Assembly: GCA_963741955.1 (NCBI GenBank)
Contig: CAVUKB010000007.1
Location: 288,001 to 352,000 of the forward strand
DNA: 64,000 bases
DNA from: an uncultured Acidobacteriota bacterium
Lineage (GTDB): Bacteria > Acidobacteriota > Thermoanaerobaculia > Gp7-AA8
Direction: 5' to 3'
Below the pieces are notes generated by a model that had not been told where the DNA came from, did no database searches, and was given only the letters and a program-made list of their open reading frames with translations. Shown here piece after piece: positions 48,164-58,095 of the stretch; the stretch's first letter is position 1; each line of letters begins with the position of its first letter. Made by a program: the position numbers and the translations under genes.

Positions 48164-50353
48164 TCAGATGCCTCCCTCTTTCGTGGTCGGCGGAACCTTC
48201 GGCACGTTACCCTCGCCGCCGACTCCGGGAGCCTTCGGTTCTGCTTCCCGGATCCTCTCCCCGGTCTCCTTGTTGAAAACCGCGTTGCGGAGGAACTGAT
48301 CGGTCGTCCATGGAGGCGCATCGCCGCCGAGGTACTTGTGGAACCACTCGAGATGGGCGGTGTAGTAGAGAGCCATCTCGTACCAGCTCGGCCAGTGCCC
48401 GGAGTTGGAGTAGACGATCAGTTTCGACGGCACGTGCATCTTCTGCAGCGCGGTGAACATCTGCAGACCCTGGGTATACGGGACGCGGTAGTCTCGCTCT
48501 CCGGTGATCACCATGCACGGAGTCTTGAAGTTCTTCACGAAGTTCGAAGGGGACCACTTCTCGTAGAGATCGGAATTCCAGGGTTGACCCTCGAGGTCCC
48601 ATTCCGGGAACCAGAGCTCTTCGGTGGCGCCGTAGAACGAGCGGAGATCGAAGAGCCCCATCATCGAGGCGATGGCTTTGAAGCGGTCCGTATGTCCCTC
48701 GAACCAATCCATCATGTAGCCACCGTACGACCATCCCATCGCTCCCATCCGGTTGCGGTCGACGTACGGGAGCTTCTCGAGGGCGTCGGTGACCTTCATC
48801 AGATCCTGGAACACCGCGCCGCCCCAGTCGCCGGAGATCTCGGCGGTGAAGTCCTGGCCGTAGCCGGTCGAGCCGTGCGGATTGCAGAACGCCACGACGT
48901 AACCCGCGCCGGGGTAGACCTGCCAGTCGCCGCGGAAGGAGTCGGCCCACTGCGACTGGGGGCCGCCGTGCACGTTGAAGATCAGCGGGTACTTCTTCGA
49001 CGGATCGAATCCATGAGGTTTGACGATGAAGACCTCGATCTTCGATCCGAGAGTGCCGTCGACCCACATCGTCTCGGCGGGACGGATGTCCACCTCGCTC
49101 TTCAGCGAGTCGTTCAGCTTCGTCAGTTGCTTCGCCGCTGCGGAGCCATCGCCGACTTTCGCGCTGTAGATCTCACCGGGGCTGCCGATCGCACGCGATG
49201 CGAAGAGGATGGTCTTCTCCGAAGGAGAGAACGAGAACGAATCGATCGTCGCGTGCTCGAGGACCTTCTCGATCTTTCCGCTCCCGAGGTCCAGACGGTA
49301 GATCGGATTGGTTCCTTCGACTTCGCCGGTGAAGTAGATCGACTTCGAGTCTCCACTCCATTCGAATTCGTCGATCCAGTTGCGGAACTCCTCGGTCATG
49401 TCGCGTGTGGTTCCGCTCTTCCGGTCGTAGAGCGCGATCCGGAAGAGGTCGGACTCGTAACCCGGCTGCTTCTGCATCCGGTAAGCGATCCACCGTCCGT
49501 CCGGGGAGTACTTCGGGCTGCCGTCGTAGGCGGGGTTCGACGAGGTGATGTCCCGCGCCGCGAAATTCTTGTCGCCGAGCGACACGAGATAGAGGTCGTT
49601 GTTCGTGGAGGATTCGGGATCCGGAACGCGCTTCGAGACGAACACCAGCTCCTTCGAATCGGGAGAGAAGTCGTACTGCACCGGACCGCCGAGCTGAAAC
49701 GTCGGCGAGTCCCATTTCCCCGGGGTCACGTCTCGAATTTCGCCGCCCGGGACCGAGACGACGAAGATGTGGGTCGCGGTGCCGTCCTTCCATGCGGTCC
49801 AGTGGCGGTAGAGGAGCGCGTCCGCGGTGTGCGCGTCGAGCGGCCCGTCGTGCCAGCGATCGGCGATCTTCTTGTTGCACGCGTCGTCGGCGCCGCATTC
49901 GGGGTAGACGTCGGTCGAGAAGGCGATCCACTTCCCGTCAGGCGACCAGACCGGGTCGGAGACACCGGTGGAGATGTTCGTGATCCGTTGCGCCTCCCCT
50001 CCGGCGACCGGCATCACGTAGAGGTTCGAATCTCCTTCGCGGGAGCTGACGAACGCAATCGAAGTTCCGTCGGGTGAGAAGACGGGCGAGCTCTCGCTCT
50101 TGTCGCTCCGGGTCAGCTGGCGCTCGTTCGAGCCGTCGGCGTTCATCATCCAGACGTGGCTCTGGTGCTTCGCCCGCGGCAGATCGCTCGTCGAGACGGT
50201 GTAGACGACCGTACGCCCGTCGGGCGAGACGTGAACGTCGCCCACTCCCTTCACCCGGTAGTAGTCCTCGAGCGTGAATGCTCTCTTCGCGGCAAACGAG
50301 GGAAGCGCGACGACGAGCAGGAGGAGCGCAACGAATGAGACTCTTCGATTCAT
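48164..50353 (-). CDS. Secreted S9 family peptidase (dipeptidyl aminopeptidase/acylaminoacyl peptidase)
   Basis: Signal peptide, PD40 repeats (SPDG), VHGGPQ, GWSYGG, GERDYRVP, GHW. Confidence 0.95.
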   Translation of the reverse strand: MNRRVSFVALLLLVVALPSFAAKRAFTLEDYYRVKGVGDVHVSPDGRTVVYTVSTSDLPRAKHQSHVWMMNADGSNERQLTRSDKSESSPVFSPDGTSIAFVSSREGDSNLYVMPVAGGEAQRITNISTGVSDPVWSPDGKWIAFSTDVYPECGADDACNKKIADRWHDGPLDAHTADALLYRHWTAWKDGTATHIFVVSVPGGEIRDVTPGKWDSPTFQLGGPVQYDFSPDSKELVFVSKRVPDPESSTNNDLYLVSLGDKNFAARDITSSNPAYDGSPKYSPDGRWIAYRMQKQPGYESDLFRIALYDRKSGTTRDMTEEFRNWIDEFEWSGDSKSIYFTGEVEGTNPIYRLDLGSGKIEKVLEHATIDSFSFSPSEKTILFASRAIGSPGEIYSAKVGDGSAAAKQLTKLNDSLKSEVDIRPAETMWVDGTLGSKIEVFIVKPHGFDPSKKYPLIFNVHGGPQSQWADSFRGDWQVYPGAGYVVAFCNPHGSTGYGQDFTAEISGDWGGAVFQDLMKVTDALEKLPYVDRNRMGAMGWSYGGYMMDWFEGHTDRFKAIASMMGLFDLRSFYGATEELWFPEWDLEGQPWNSDLYEKWSPSNFVKNFKTPCMVITGERDYRVPYTQGLQMFTALQKMHVPSKLIVYSNSGHWPSWYEMALYYTAHLEWFHKYLGGDAPPWTTDQFLRNAVFNKETGERIREAEPKAPGVGGEGNVPKVPPTTKEGGI

Positions 50354-50545
50354 GCATGACCTCGCAAGATGGAGTCGGCGGCCCGCAGACCTCCGGAGGA
50401 GGAGGATTTAATCACGGGAGGGACGCGGCGGCGAGGTCAACTGCGGATGGCGGAAGTAGGAAGGCAGAAGGCGGAAGTCGAAAGGCGGATGGCGAATCCG
50501 AAACTCGAAATTCGAAATCCCCCGGTGTTACACTCCCGGTCGCTG

Positions 50546-52210
50546 ATGAAATTTCGATCCGCTCTTCTCCTCGTCGCCCTCTCCTCGATCCTCTCCGCCT
50601 GCGCAACCGGTGCGAAAATGCAGACTCCTCAGACATTCGATCTCCTGATCACCAACGGACGCATCATCGATGGCACGGGAGCGCCGTGGTTTCGCGGTGA
50701 CGTCGGCATCACCGCCGACACCATCGTCGCGGTCGGCGATCTCTCGCATGCTCATGCCCGCCGCACCATCGACGCACATGGACAGATCGTCGCCCCGGGA
50801 TTCATCGATCTCCTCGGCCAGGACGATCACACCGTCCTGGTCGATCCCCGTCTGGAAGGAAAGATCCGCCAGGGCGTCACCACCGAGCTGACCGGTGAAG
50901 GTCATTCGCCGGGGCCGGTCACGGCGGCGCAGCAGGAAGCTCGTGCCGCGCGTGGCGGTCCGAGCTGGCGCACGCTCGGTGAGTACATGAACGTGGTGGA
51001 GAAGAATCGCTCCGCGATCAACATGGCGTTCCTGGTCGGACAGTCGAGCGCGCGCGAGATCGTGATGGGTGACGTCGACCGCGATCCCACGCCCGAAGAG
51101 CTTCGCCAGATGGAAGCGATCGTCGATCAGGCGATGCGCGAAGGAGCGATCGGACTCTCGTCCGCGCTGATCTACGTCCCGGCCGTCTTCTCGAAGACGG
51201 ACGAGCTGATCGCGCTCGCGCGCGTCGCGGCGAAACGCGGAGGCGTTTACTTCACGCACATCCGCAACGAGGCCGACACCATCGATGACGCGCTCGACGA
51301 GGCGTTCCGCATCGGACGGGAAGCCCGGATTCCGCTCAACATCTGGCACCTCAAGGTCGGTGGGAAACAGAACTGGGGGCGGATGCCGGAAGTCATCGCG
51401 AAGATCGAAGCGGCGCGCGAGAGTGGCCTCGACGTCTCTGCGAACGTCTACCCGTACATCGCCTCATCCACGGGGCTCTCCGCGCTGGCGCCGAATCAGG
51501 CGCTCGAGGGAGGCTACTCGAAGTTTCTCGAGCGGCTGAAGGATCCGGTGACGCGGGCGAAGATCGCGGACGAGATCCGCGAATCGGGCTTCTACCACCG
51601 GATCGATGGCGCGGTGGGAGTTCTGGTCACGCGCATCCCGAACTCGAAGTTCGCGCAATACGAGCGGAAACGTCTCAGCGAGATCGCGACGATGATGGGG
51701 CTCGACCCGATCGAGGCACTGCTCCGGATTTTCGAGCAAAGTCCGCGTTCCCCTCAGGCGATCTATTTCTCCATGAACGAGCAGGATCTTCGGTACGCGC
51801 TGCAGCAGCCGTTCGTGTCGGTCGGTTCCGATTCGGCGGCGATCGTCGGACCGATGATCAACGCCGGCGCGCATCCGCGCGCGTACGGAACATTCCCTCG
51901 TGTGGTCGGCCACTACGTGCGCGACGAGCATCTCTTCACGCTCGAAGAGGCGGTGCGTAAGGTGACATCGCAGGCGGCGGCGCGTGCGCTGCTGTTCGAC
52001 CGCGGCGTACTCCGTCCGGGGATGAAGGGAGACGTGGTGGTGTTCGATCCGGAGAAGATCCGGGATATTTCGACGTACGAAGACCCTCACCACATGTCTG
52101 AGGGAGTGATCGACGTGGTGGTGAACGGGGCTCCGGTTCTGCTCGACGGGACAATGACCGGAGAGCTTCCGGGTCGCGTGCTTCGCGGCCCCGGCTACGA
52201 AGCGAGATAG
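50546..52210 (+). CDS. N-acyl-D-amino-acid deacylase family amidohydrolase (lipoprotein)
   Basis: Lipobox LSAC; NGRIIDGTG, APGFID, QGVTTE, HIRNE, WHLK, GSD, HPRAYGTFPRV. Confidence 0.9.
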   Translation: MKFRSALLLVALSSILSACATGAKMQTPQTFDLLITNGRIIDGTGAPWFRGDVGITADTIVAVGDLSHAHARRTIDAHGQIVAPGFIDLLGQDDHTVLVDPRLEGKIRQGVTTELTGEGHSPGPVTAAQQEARAARGGPSWRTLGEYMNVVEKNRSAINMAFLVGQSSAREIVMGDVDRDPTPEELRQMEAIVDQAMREGAIGLSSALIYVPAVFSKTDELIALARVAAKRGGVYFTHIRNEADTIDDALDEAFRIGREARIPLNIWHLKVGGKQNWGRMPEVIAKIEAARESGLDVSANVYPYIASSTGLSALAPNQALEGGYSKFLERLKDPVTRAKIADEIRESGFYHRIDGAVGVLVTRIPNSKFAQYERKRLSEIATMMGLDPIEALLRIFEQSPRSPQAIYFSMNEQDLRYALQQPFVSVGSDSAAIVGPMINAGAHPRAYGTFPRVVGHYVRDEHLFTLEEAVRKVTSQAAARALLFDRGVLRPGMKGDVVVFDPEKIRDISTYEDPHHMSEGVIDVVVNGAPVLLDGTMTGELPGRVLRGPGYEAR

Positions 52211-52251
52211 CCCGGATTCATCACACCGTCTCGTCGGGAGGATCGGCAGGA

Positions 52252-53571
52252 ATGGCGGAACACTCGAGCAGTGCGAAACTGATTCGTGCCGTCGGATTCT
52301 GGGGGCTGGTCGCGTTCACCATCAACGCGGTGATCGGGAGCGGCGTGTACCTCCTGCCGTCCGAGACGTTCCGCCTTCTCGGTCCGTTCTCGCTGTGGGC
52401 CCCTCTCCTCTTCTCCATTCCGGTTTTCATTCTGGTGCTCTGCTTCGCCGAGGCGGCGAGTCACTTCGACAAACCGGGAGGGGCATACGTTTACTCTCGT
52501 GCGGCGTTCGGCGACTTCATCGGATTCGAGACCGGTTGGATGAACACCCTGGCGCGGCTCACGTCACTCGCGGCGCTGTCGAACGGACTGGTTCTTTCGA
52601 TCGCGAGGCTCGCACCGGGCGCGGCGGAAGGAGTGATGCGGACGTGGATCATCGTGGGGACGCTTCTCTTTTTCGGCGTCATCCATGCGCTGGGGATCAG
52701 ATTCGGTGCGGGAACGATCTACGGCCTGACGCTCGGGAAGCTGATCCCGCTGGTGATCTTCATCGCCGTGGCGGTCGCGGTGTTCCACTTCAATCCTCTT
52801 CCCGCCTCGGTGAAACTGCCGCCGATTCACGAGACGCAATGGAGCGAAGCGGCGCTGCTTCTCCTCTTCGCGTACGCGGGGTTCGAGAACGTCGCTGTCC
52901 CGGCGGGAGAGTTCAGGAATCCGAAGAGGGATCTCCCGTTCGCACTTCTGCTCGGGATCGTCGGGATCGCTCTCGTGTATTCGCTCGCGCAGCTCGGCGC
53001 GATGGCCTCGCTCCAGAGCCTCGACACCTCCACGCCGATCGCCGATGCGGCTGCGGTGGTGCTCGGGAAGTTCGGAGCGGTCCTGATCACCGTCGGCGCG
53101 ATCATCTCCATCGCCGGGACGAACGTCGGCACCGTGCTCGAGTCCTCGCGGATGGTCTACGCGCTCTCCGCGGACCGGAAGCCTTACAAGCTTCTCGCGT
53201 GGGTGCATCCGACGTTTCACACTCCGGTGGTCGCGATCGCGCTGATCATCGCGGCGGCGATTCCGATGGCACTGATGGGATCGTTCGTGCAGCTCGCGGC
53301 GCTCTCGGCCGTCGCACGCATGACGACGTATCTCTTCACCGCGGCGTCGCTTCCGCGACTGAAGAAAGGTGGATCGTTCTTTCTCGGCAACTGGGCCTGG
53401 GTGGTCGCGATTCTGGGGACGCTGATCTCGCTGCTGCTTTTCTTCACGCTCGAGGAGAAGCATTTCGTCCCGGCAATTCTCGCGTTGTTGACCGGTGCGG
53501 TGCTGTGGGTGGGGTCGCGAATCTTCGGGAAGATCGACGTCGAGGCCGAGGAGGCCTCGGCGGAAACGTAG
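52252..53571 (+). CDS. APC family amino acid permease
   Basis: INAVIGSGVY, GGAYVY, FAYAGFE, GEFRNPKR; about 12 TMs. Confidence 0.93.
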   Translation: MAEHSSSAKLIRAVGFWGLVAFTINAVIGSGVYLLPSETFRLLGPFSLWAPLLFSIPVFILVLCFAEAASHFDKPGGAYVYSRAAFGDFIGFETGWMNTLARLTSLAALSNGLVLSIARLAPGAAEGVMRTWIIVGTLLFFGVIHALGIRFGAGTIYGLTLGKLIPLVIFIAVAVAVFHFNPLPASVKLPPIHETQWSEAALLLLFAYAGFENVAVPAGEFRNPKRDLPFALLLGIVGIALVYSLAQLGAMASLQSLDTSTPIADAAAVVLGKFGAVLITVGAIISIAGTNVGTVLESSRMVYALSADRKPYKLLAWVHPTFHTPVVAIALIIAAAIPMALMGSFVQLAALSAVARMTTYLFTAASLPRLKKGGSFFLGNWAWVVAILGTLISLLLFFTLEEKHFVPAILALLTGAVLWVGSRIFGKIDVEAEEASAET

Positions 53572-53580
53572 GAGCGCCGA

Positions 53581-53742
53581 GGGGCGCCGGCTTCCAGCCG
53601 GCAGCGGTCAGGCCTCCGCGCCTGACCGCGAGGGAGCTCGGGAGAAGTGAGAGATCTCGCGCGGTGCAGGGACGCGGATTGAACGCACGAGGTGACGAGC
53701 GCGGGACGCTCGTCACGAGCCGGCAGGGATGCCGGCGGTCCA
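53581..53742 (+). repeat. REPIN-like element with nested hairpins (family C)
   Basis: GCCGGCTTCCAGCCGGC ... GCCGGCAGGGATGCCGGC ends; internal stems GCGGTCAGGC/GCCTGACCGC and GTGACGAGCG/CGCTCGTCAC. Confidence 0.7.
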
Positions 53743-53802
53743 TATCGGATCGTCACGAATTCGGCAGCGATGACGGCGGTCCGGAGAACGGGAGGAGAAT
53801 CG

Positions 53803-54756
53803 ATGAAGAAACTCAAGATCGTGATGATCGTCGCGCTCATCCTCACGATGGCGATCCCCGCGCTGGCGAACTTCCGCGAATTCGAGAAGATTCCGGTCGA
53901 TCCGCAGCTGCAGGCGGCCGTCGATGCGATCGCACGGCGGGCGACGACGGAATTCGCGGGCCAGAAGCTGACGCCGGAGGACTTCGCGATCTCGCTGGTC
54001 GATCTCACGGATCCCGCGCATCCGCGCCGGGCGAGCTTCCACGGAGACGTCCCGTTCTATCCGGCGAGCGTGGTGAAGCTCTTCTTCCTCGTCGACGCGT
54101 GGCATCAGATCGATGCCCGCACGCTGGTGCCGGACGAGGAGATGAAGCGCGGGCTGAGGGACATGATCGTCCAGTCGTCGAACGACGCGACGTCGTACGT
54201 CGTGGATCGCATCACGCGCACCACCAGCGGACCGAATCTCTACGGGAGAAAGTGGCGGATCTTCGAGGAAAGGCGGTTCGCTCCGACCCGCTGGTTCCGG
54301 GAGATGGGGTACGACGTGAGCGCGGCGATCAAGACGTTCTGCGAAGGACCGTACGGGCGCGAGGTCGAGCTGCTGGGACCGAACTACGAAAATCGGAATC
54401 ACGCCACTGCGGATGCGATCGCATCGCTGGAGACGTGGATCGCGCGAAAGGAAGCGGTGTCGCCGGAAGCGAGCGAAGCGATGCTCGCGCTGATGCACCG
54501 GACGGTTCCAGCGGACGATCCGGGCGTCACCGACGAGCAGGTGATCCATTTCCTCGGGCAGACGCTCCCGGCGGGGTCAGAGCTGTGGTCGAAAGCCGGA
54601 TGGACCAGCACGGTGTGGCACGATGCAGCGATCGTCCAGCTTCCGACGGGACAGCGTTACGTCGCGGTGGTGATGACGCGGAATGCGGTCGATGGTGACG
54701 GAATATTCGCGGCGCTGTCGGAGTGGATTCGCGGAGCGATCGTGACGGTGAAGTAG
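53803..54756 (+). CDS. Secreted serine hydrolase, class A beta-lactamase/PBP-A-like fold
   Basis: GGAGG SD, signal peptide; ASVVK, SSNDAT, SKAGW, HDAAIV. Confidence 0.88.
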   Translation: MKKLKIVMIVALILTMAIPALANFREFEKIPVDPQLQAAVDAIARRATTEFAGQKLTPEDFAISLVDLTDPAHPRRASFHGDVPFYPASVVKLFFLVDAWHQIDARTLVPDEEMKRGLRDMIVQSSNDATSYVVDRITRTTSGPNLYGRKWRIFEERRFAPTRWFREMGYDVSAAIKTFCEGPYGREVELLGPNYENRNHATADAIASLETWIARKEAVSPEASEAMLALMHRTVPADDPGVTDEQVIHFLGQTLPAGSELWSKAGWTSTVWHDAAIVQLPTGQRYVAVVMTRNAVDGDGIFAALSEWIRGAIVTVK

Positions 54757-54935
54757 GATTACGTCTGACGCAAAAGTGAGGCTTCGACCCCCATCGCGGA
54801 GTCGGGAAAATGCAACCGCGCTGATTCGGAATCGTATTTCGAAGACGGAAGCGGCAAAAAAATTGTGCTCCCCCGAACGGGGGAGTAGAATCCGCGGTAA
54901 CCGTTTACATCGAGTATCTCCGGAGGAAGAAAGAT

Positions 54936-57875
54936 ATGGCTGGTTCACGCATTCTACGTATCGCCGTCTTTTTCTGCCTGATCGGACTGGTCGGCTCGCT
55001 CGCGTTCGCGCAGCAGGTCGGCTCCATCAGCGGAAAAGTGACCACATCGTCGGGAGAGGTTCTCCCCGGCGTGACCGTCGAGGCACGATCGAACGTGCTT
55101 CCCCAGGCCCGGGTCACCACGACCGCGGCCAACGGGGTTTACAGGTTTCCGGCGCTGCCTCCAGGCAAGTACACCGTGCAGTTCTCTCTCGCCGGGATGC
55201 AGGCGCAGACCCGCGACGTGCAGGTCTACCTGAACATCGACTCCCCGGTCGACGTGCAGATGGGAATTGCGGGGGTGAGCGAGAGCATCACCGTCACTGC
55301 GCAGACCCCCTTCACCGACCCCACCACGACGGCGATCAAGAGCGCCATTCCGCAGGAAGCGATCGAGCGGCTCCCGGTCGGACAGGAGTACCGCGATCTG
55401 ATCAAGCTCGCCCCGGGCGTTCAGGTCAACGAGGCATCGGTCCGTGGACCGGCGGCCGGCGGAAGTGAACAGGACAACATCTATCAGTTCGACGGCGTGA
55501 ACGTGACGCTCCCTCTCTTCGGAACGCTCGCGGCGGAGCCGTCCTCCCAGGACATCGAGCAGATCACCGTCGTCAAAGGCGGCGCGAAGGCGGTCGATTT
55601 TAACCGTTCGGCCGGGTTCACCATCGACTCCGTCAGTAAGTCGGGAACGAGTGAATTCAAGGGCGACGTGAAGTACCAGTTCCAGAACGCCGGAATGACG
55701 GCGGATCAGGTCGGCACGTCGCTTTCCCAGTACGACCAGGACCGCGCCTGGGCCAGTCTCGGAATCGGCGGTCCGATCATGAAGGACCGCCTCTACTTCT
55801 ACGGGTCGTACTACCGTCCGACCATCGATCGGGCGAACAGCTCGAACCTCTACGGCGACGTGCCGAACTTCAAGAGTACTCGTGACGAGTACTTCGGGAA
55901 GCTGACCTACACGCCGACCAGCAAGATCCTTCTCAACGGAAGCTATCGCGACTCGAGCCGCACGGACGATAACGCCAGCATCGGTGGCGCGGAAGCTCCG
56001 AGTGCAGCCACGAACAACGAATCCAAACAGAAGATCGGGATTCTCGAGGCGTCGTGGGTGGTCACTGACCGCAGCTACGTCAGCGCAAAATACAATGACT
56101 ACGCGCTGAAGACGGCCGGCGTCCCGCAGACGGTTCTTTCCGTCGTTCCGAACCTGACCCCGGGAACCACCCTCGACATCGGGAACATGGCGCAGATGGG
56201 CTACTTCGAAGTTCCGTCACTCATCGAGGGGAACGACGCCTTCAACTCGTTCATCGCGCCATTCGTCGACCAATACGGGTTCATCCGCGATGGGACGAAA
56301 ACGGGCGGCGGCGCAGTCGGCGGCGCATTCCAGTTCGACATGGACAACTTCTACCGCAAGAGCTATCAGCTCGGTTACGACGTGACGCTGGGCCGGCAGT
56401 TCACCCACGACATCCACGTCGGGTGGCAGGGATTCAAAGACTCCGAGGACCTCGGCCGCTCTTCGAACGGCTGGGGCGACATCACCGTGATCGGCGGCCG
56501 TTCCAACTGCCCCGCGGACACCGGGTGCGAAGGTCAGCCGATCTACTTCCAGGCCGACGTGCAGCGGTCGAGCGAAGCCGCACTCGGCACGCAGGTCATC
56601 CATTCCGAGTATCAGTCGCAGAACGTCGAGCTCAACGACACCATGCGTACCGGCAACTGGTCGTTCAATGTCGGCGTACTCGCCAGCAACGACACCCTGT
56701 ACGGTCAGGGTCTTCGCGAAGATTCGTCGACCATCTCCGGATACGTTGCTGACCCGGGACACAAGTACAAGATGCACACCATCAAGTGGTCCGATCAGAT
56801 CCAGCCGCGTCTCGGCGTGACCTGGGCCTACAACGGGACCGATACCGCGTACGTCAGCTACGCCCGCTACAACCCGATCGCGAGCTCGCTCCCGCGCGCC
56901 GCATCGTGGGATCGCAACACGCTCGGTCTCGTCACCCGCGCCTACTTCGACCAGAATGGTGCTCTGATCGGCAGCGAACAGCTGGCGTCGAGCTCTGGAA
57001 AGCTGTTTCAGCAGGGGATCAAGCCGCGTTACACCGACGAGTACCTGATCGGTACCGGACGCCAGATCAACAGCCGCTGGAGCGCACGTGCCTATGCACG
57101 CTACCGCTACTCCTCGCGGTTCTGGGAAGACACCCCGAACAACGCGCGCCTCTATGCCAACGCGCCCGACTCGGTGCCGCATGAGCTCTACATCCCGAAT
57201 CTGAACGACATGCGCAATCAGATCGGGAGCGGCTCAAGCTACGTCATCGCGACCCTCGACGGTGCGTTCACCAAGTACTACGAAGCGACGTTCGAGTCGA
57301 ACCTCCAGGCGACCGAGAACCTCTACTTCCACGGCACCTACACCTGGAGCCACTACTACGGGAACTTCGACCAGGACGCGACCAGCACCACGTACGACTT
57401 CGCGACCTTCATCGGCTCGTCGAACATCGCCGATGGTCCCGGCCGCCAGGTGTGGGACAACAAGTACGGCAACCTTCACGCGGATCGCCGCAACCTCCTC
57501 AAGCTCGACGGCTACTACCGGCTTCCGTGGAATGCCACAGTGGGCGCCTTCACCTTCTATCAGTCGGGCGACCACTGGGAGGCGTGGAGCTACGAGCCGT
57601 ACAGCAGTCTCACCAGCTCGAGGAGTGACACCAACCGTTATGCCGAACCGGCAGGTTCTCGCACCAGCCCGGCGCATTACCAGCTGGATCTCGACTACAC
57701 GCAGAACATCCCGATTCACAACCTCAACCTCCAGCTGATCGGAGACGTCTTCAACCTATTCGACAAGCAGACGGGCTATTCGCCACAGCCCGCCGTGCAC
57801 AGTTCGTTGTTCGGCCAGCCGCGACTCCGTTTCGCGCCGCGGCGCTTCCAGCTGGCGGTTCGCCTGCAGTTCTAG
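54936..57875 (+). CDS. Oar-like TonB-dependent outer-membrane receptor with carboxypeptidase-regulatory-like N-domain
   Basis: GSISGKVT..GEVLPGVTVEA, plug DLIKLAPGV...DGVN, QPRLGVTW, DVFNLFD, terminal RRFQLAVRLQF. Confidence 0.93.
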   Translation: MAGSRILRIAVFFCLIGLVGSLAFAQQVGSISGKVTTSSGEVLPGVTVEARSNVLPQARVTTTAANGVYRFPALPPGKYTVQFSLAGMQAQTRDVQVYLNIDSPVDVQMGIAGVSESITVTAQTPFTDPTTTAIKSAIPQEAIERLPVGQEYRDLIKLAPGVQVNEASVRGPAAGGSEQDNIYQFDGVNVTLPLFGTLAAEPSSQDIEQITVVKGGAKAVDFNRSAGFTIDSVSKSGTSEFKGDVKYQFQNAGMTADQVGTSLSQYDQDRAWASLGIGGPIMKDRLYFYGSYYRPTIDRANSSNLYGDVPNFKSTRDEYFGKLTYTPTSKILLNGSYRDSSRTDDNASIGGAEAPSAATNNESKQKIGILEASWVVTDRSYVSAKYNDYALKTAGVPQTVLSVVPNLTPGTTLDIGNMAQMGYFEVPSLIEGNDAFNSFIAPFVDQYGFIRDGTKTGGGAVGGAFQFDMDNFYRKSYQLGYDVTLGRQFTHDIHVGWQGFKDSEDLGRSSNGWGDITVIGGRSNCPADTGCEGQPIYFQADVQRSSEAALGTQVIHSEYQSQNVELNDTMRTGNWSFNVGVLASNDTLYGQGLREDSSTISGYVADPGHKYKMHTIKWSDQIQPRLGVTWAYNGTDTAYVSYARYNPIASSLPRAASWDRNTLGLVTRAYFDQNGALIGSEQLASSSGKLFQQGIKPRYTDEYLIGTGRQINSRWSARAYARYRYSSRFWEDTPNNARLYANAPDSVPHELYIPNLNDMRNQIGSGSSYVIATLDGAFTKYYEATFESNLQATENLYFHGTYTWSHYYGNFDQDATSTTYDFATFIGSSNIADGPGRQVWDNKYGNLHADRRNLLKLDGYYRLPWNATVGAFTFYQSGDHWEAWSYEPYSSLTSSRSDTNRYAEPAGSRTSPAHYQLDLDYTQNIPIHNLNLQLIGDVFNLFDKQTGYSPQPAVHSSLFGQPRLRFAPRRFQLAVRLQF

Positions 57876-57897
57876 GCGAGGGCTTCACGCGTCACTC

Positions 57898-57930
57898 GAA
57901 AGGCCCGGGCTTGCCCGGGCCTTTCTGTTT
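57898..57930 (+). terminator. Intrinsic terminator (likely bidirectional)
   Basis: GAAAGGCCCGGGC-TT-GCCCGGGCCTTTC followed by TGTTT. Confidence 0.9.
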
Positions 57931-58095
57931 GAAGAGGAGTGCGAAATGCAGAGTCTGGAATGGAGTCTGTCGGATGCGTCGGGGCGGGTCACTTTGGGGT
58001 GAGGATCCCGCGCACCGGCGGTCGCGCCATTCACCGCACTCGCCGGTTTCGATCGGGACGCTGGCGGCTCCGCGGCGGACCGTCTGACCCCGTTC

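Noticed and set aside
53803-54756. Antibiotic-resistance beta-lactamase
   Set aside because: It has the SxxK fold but no recognisable class A omega-loop ExxLN motif.
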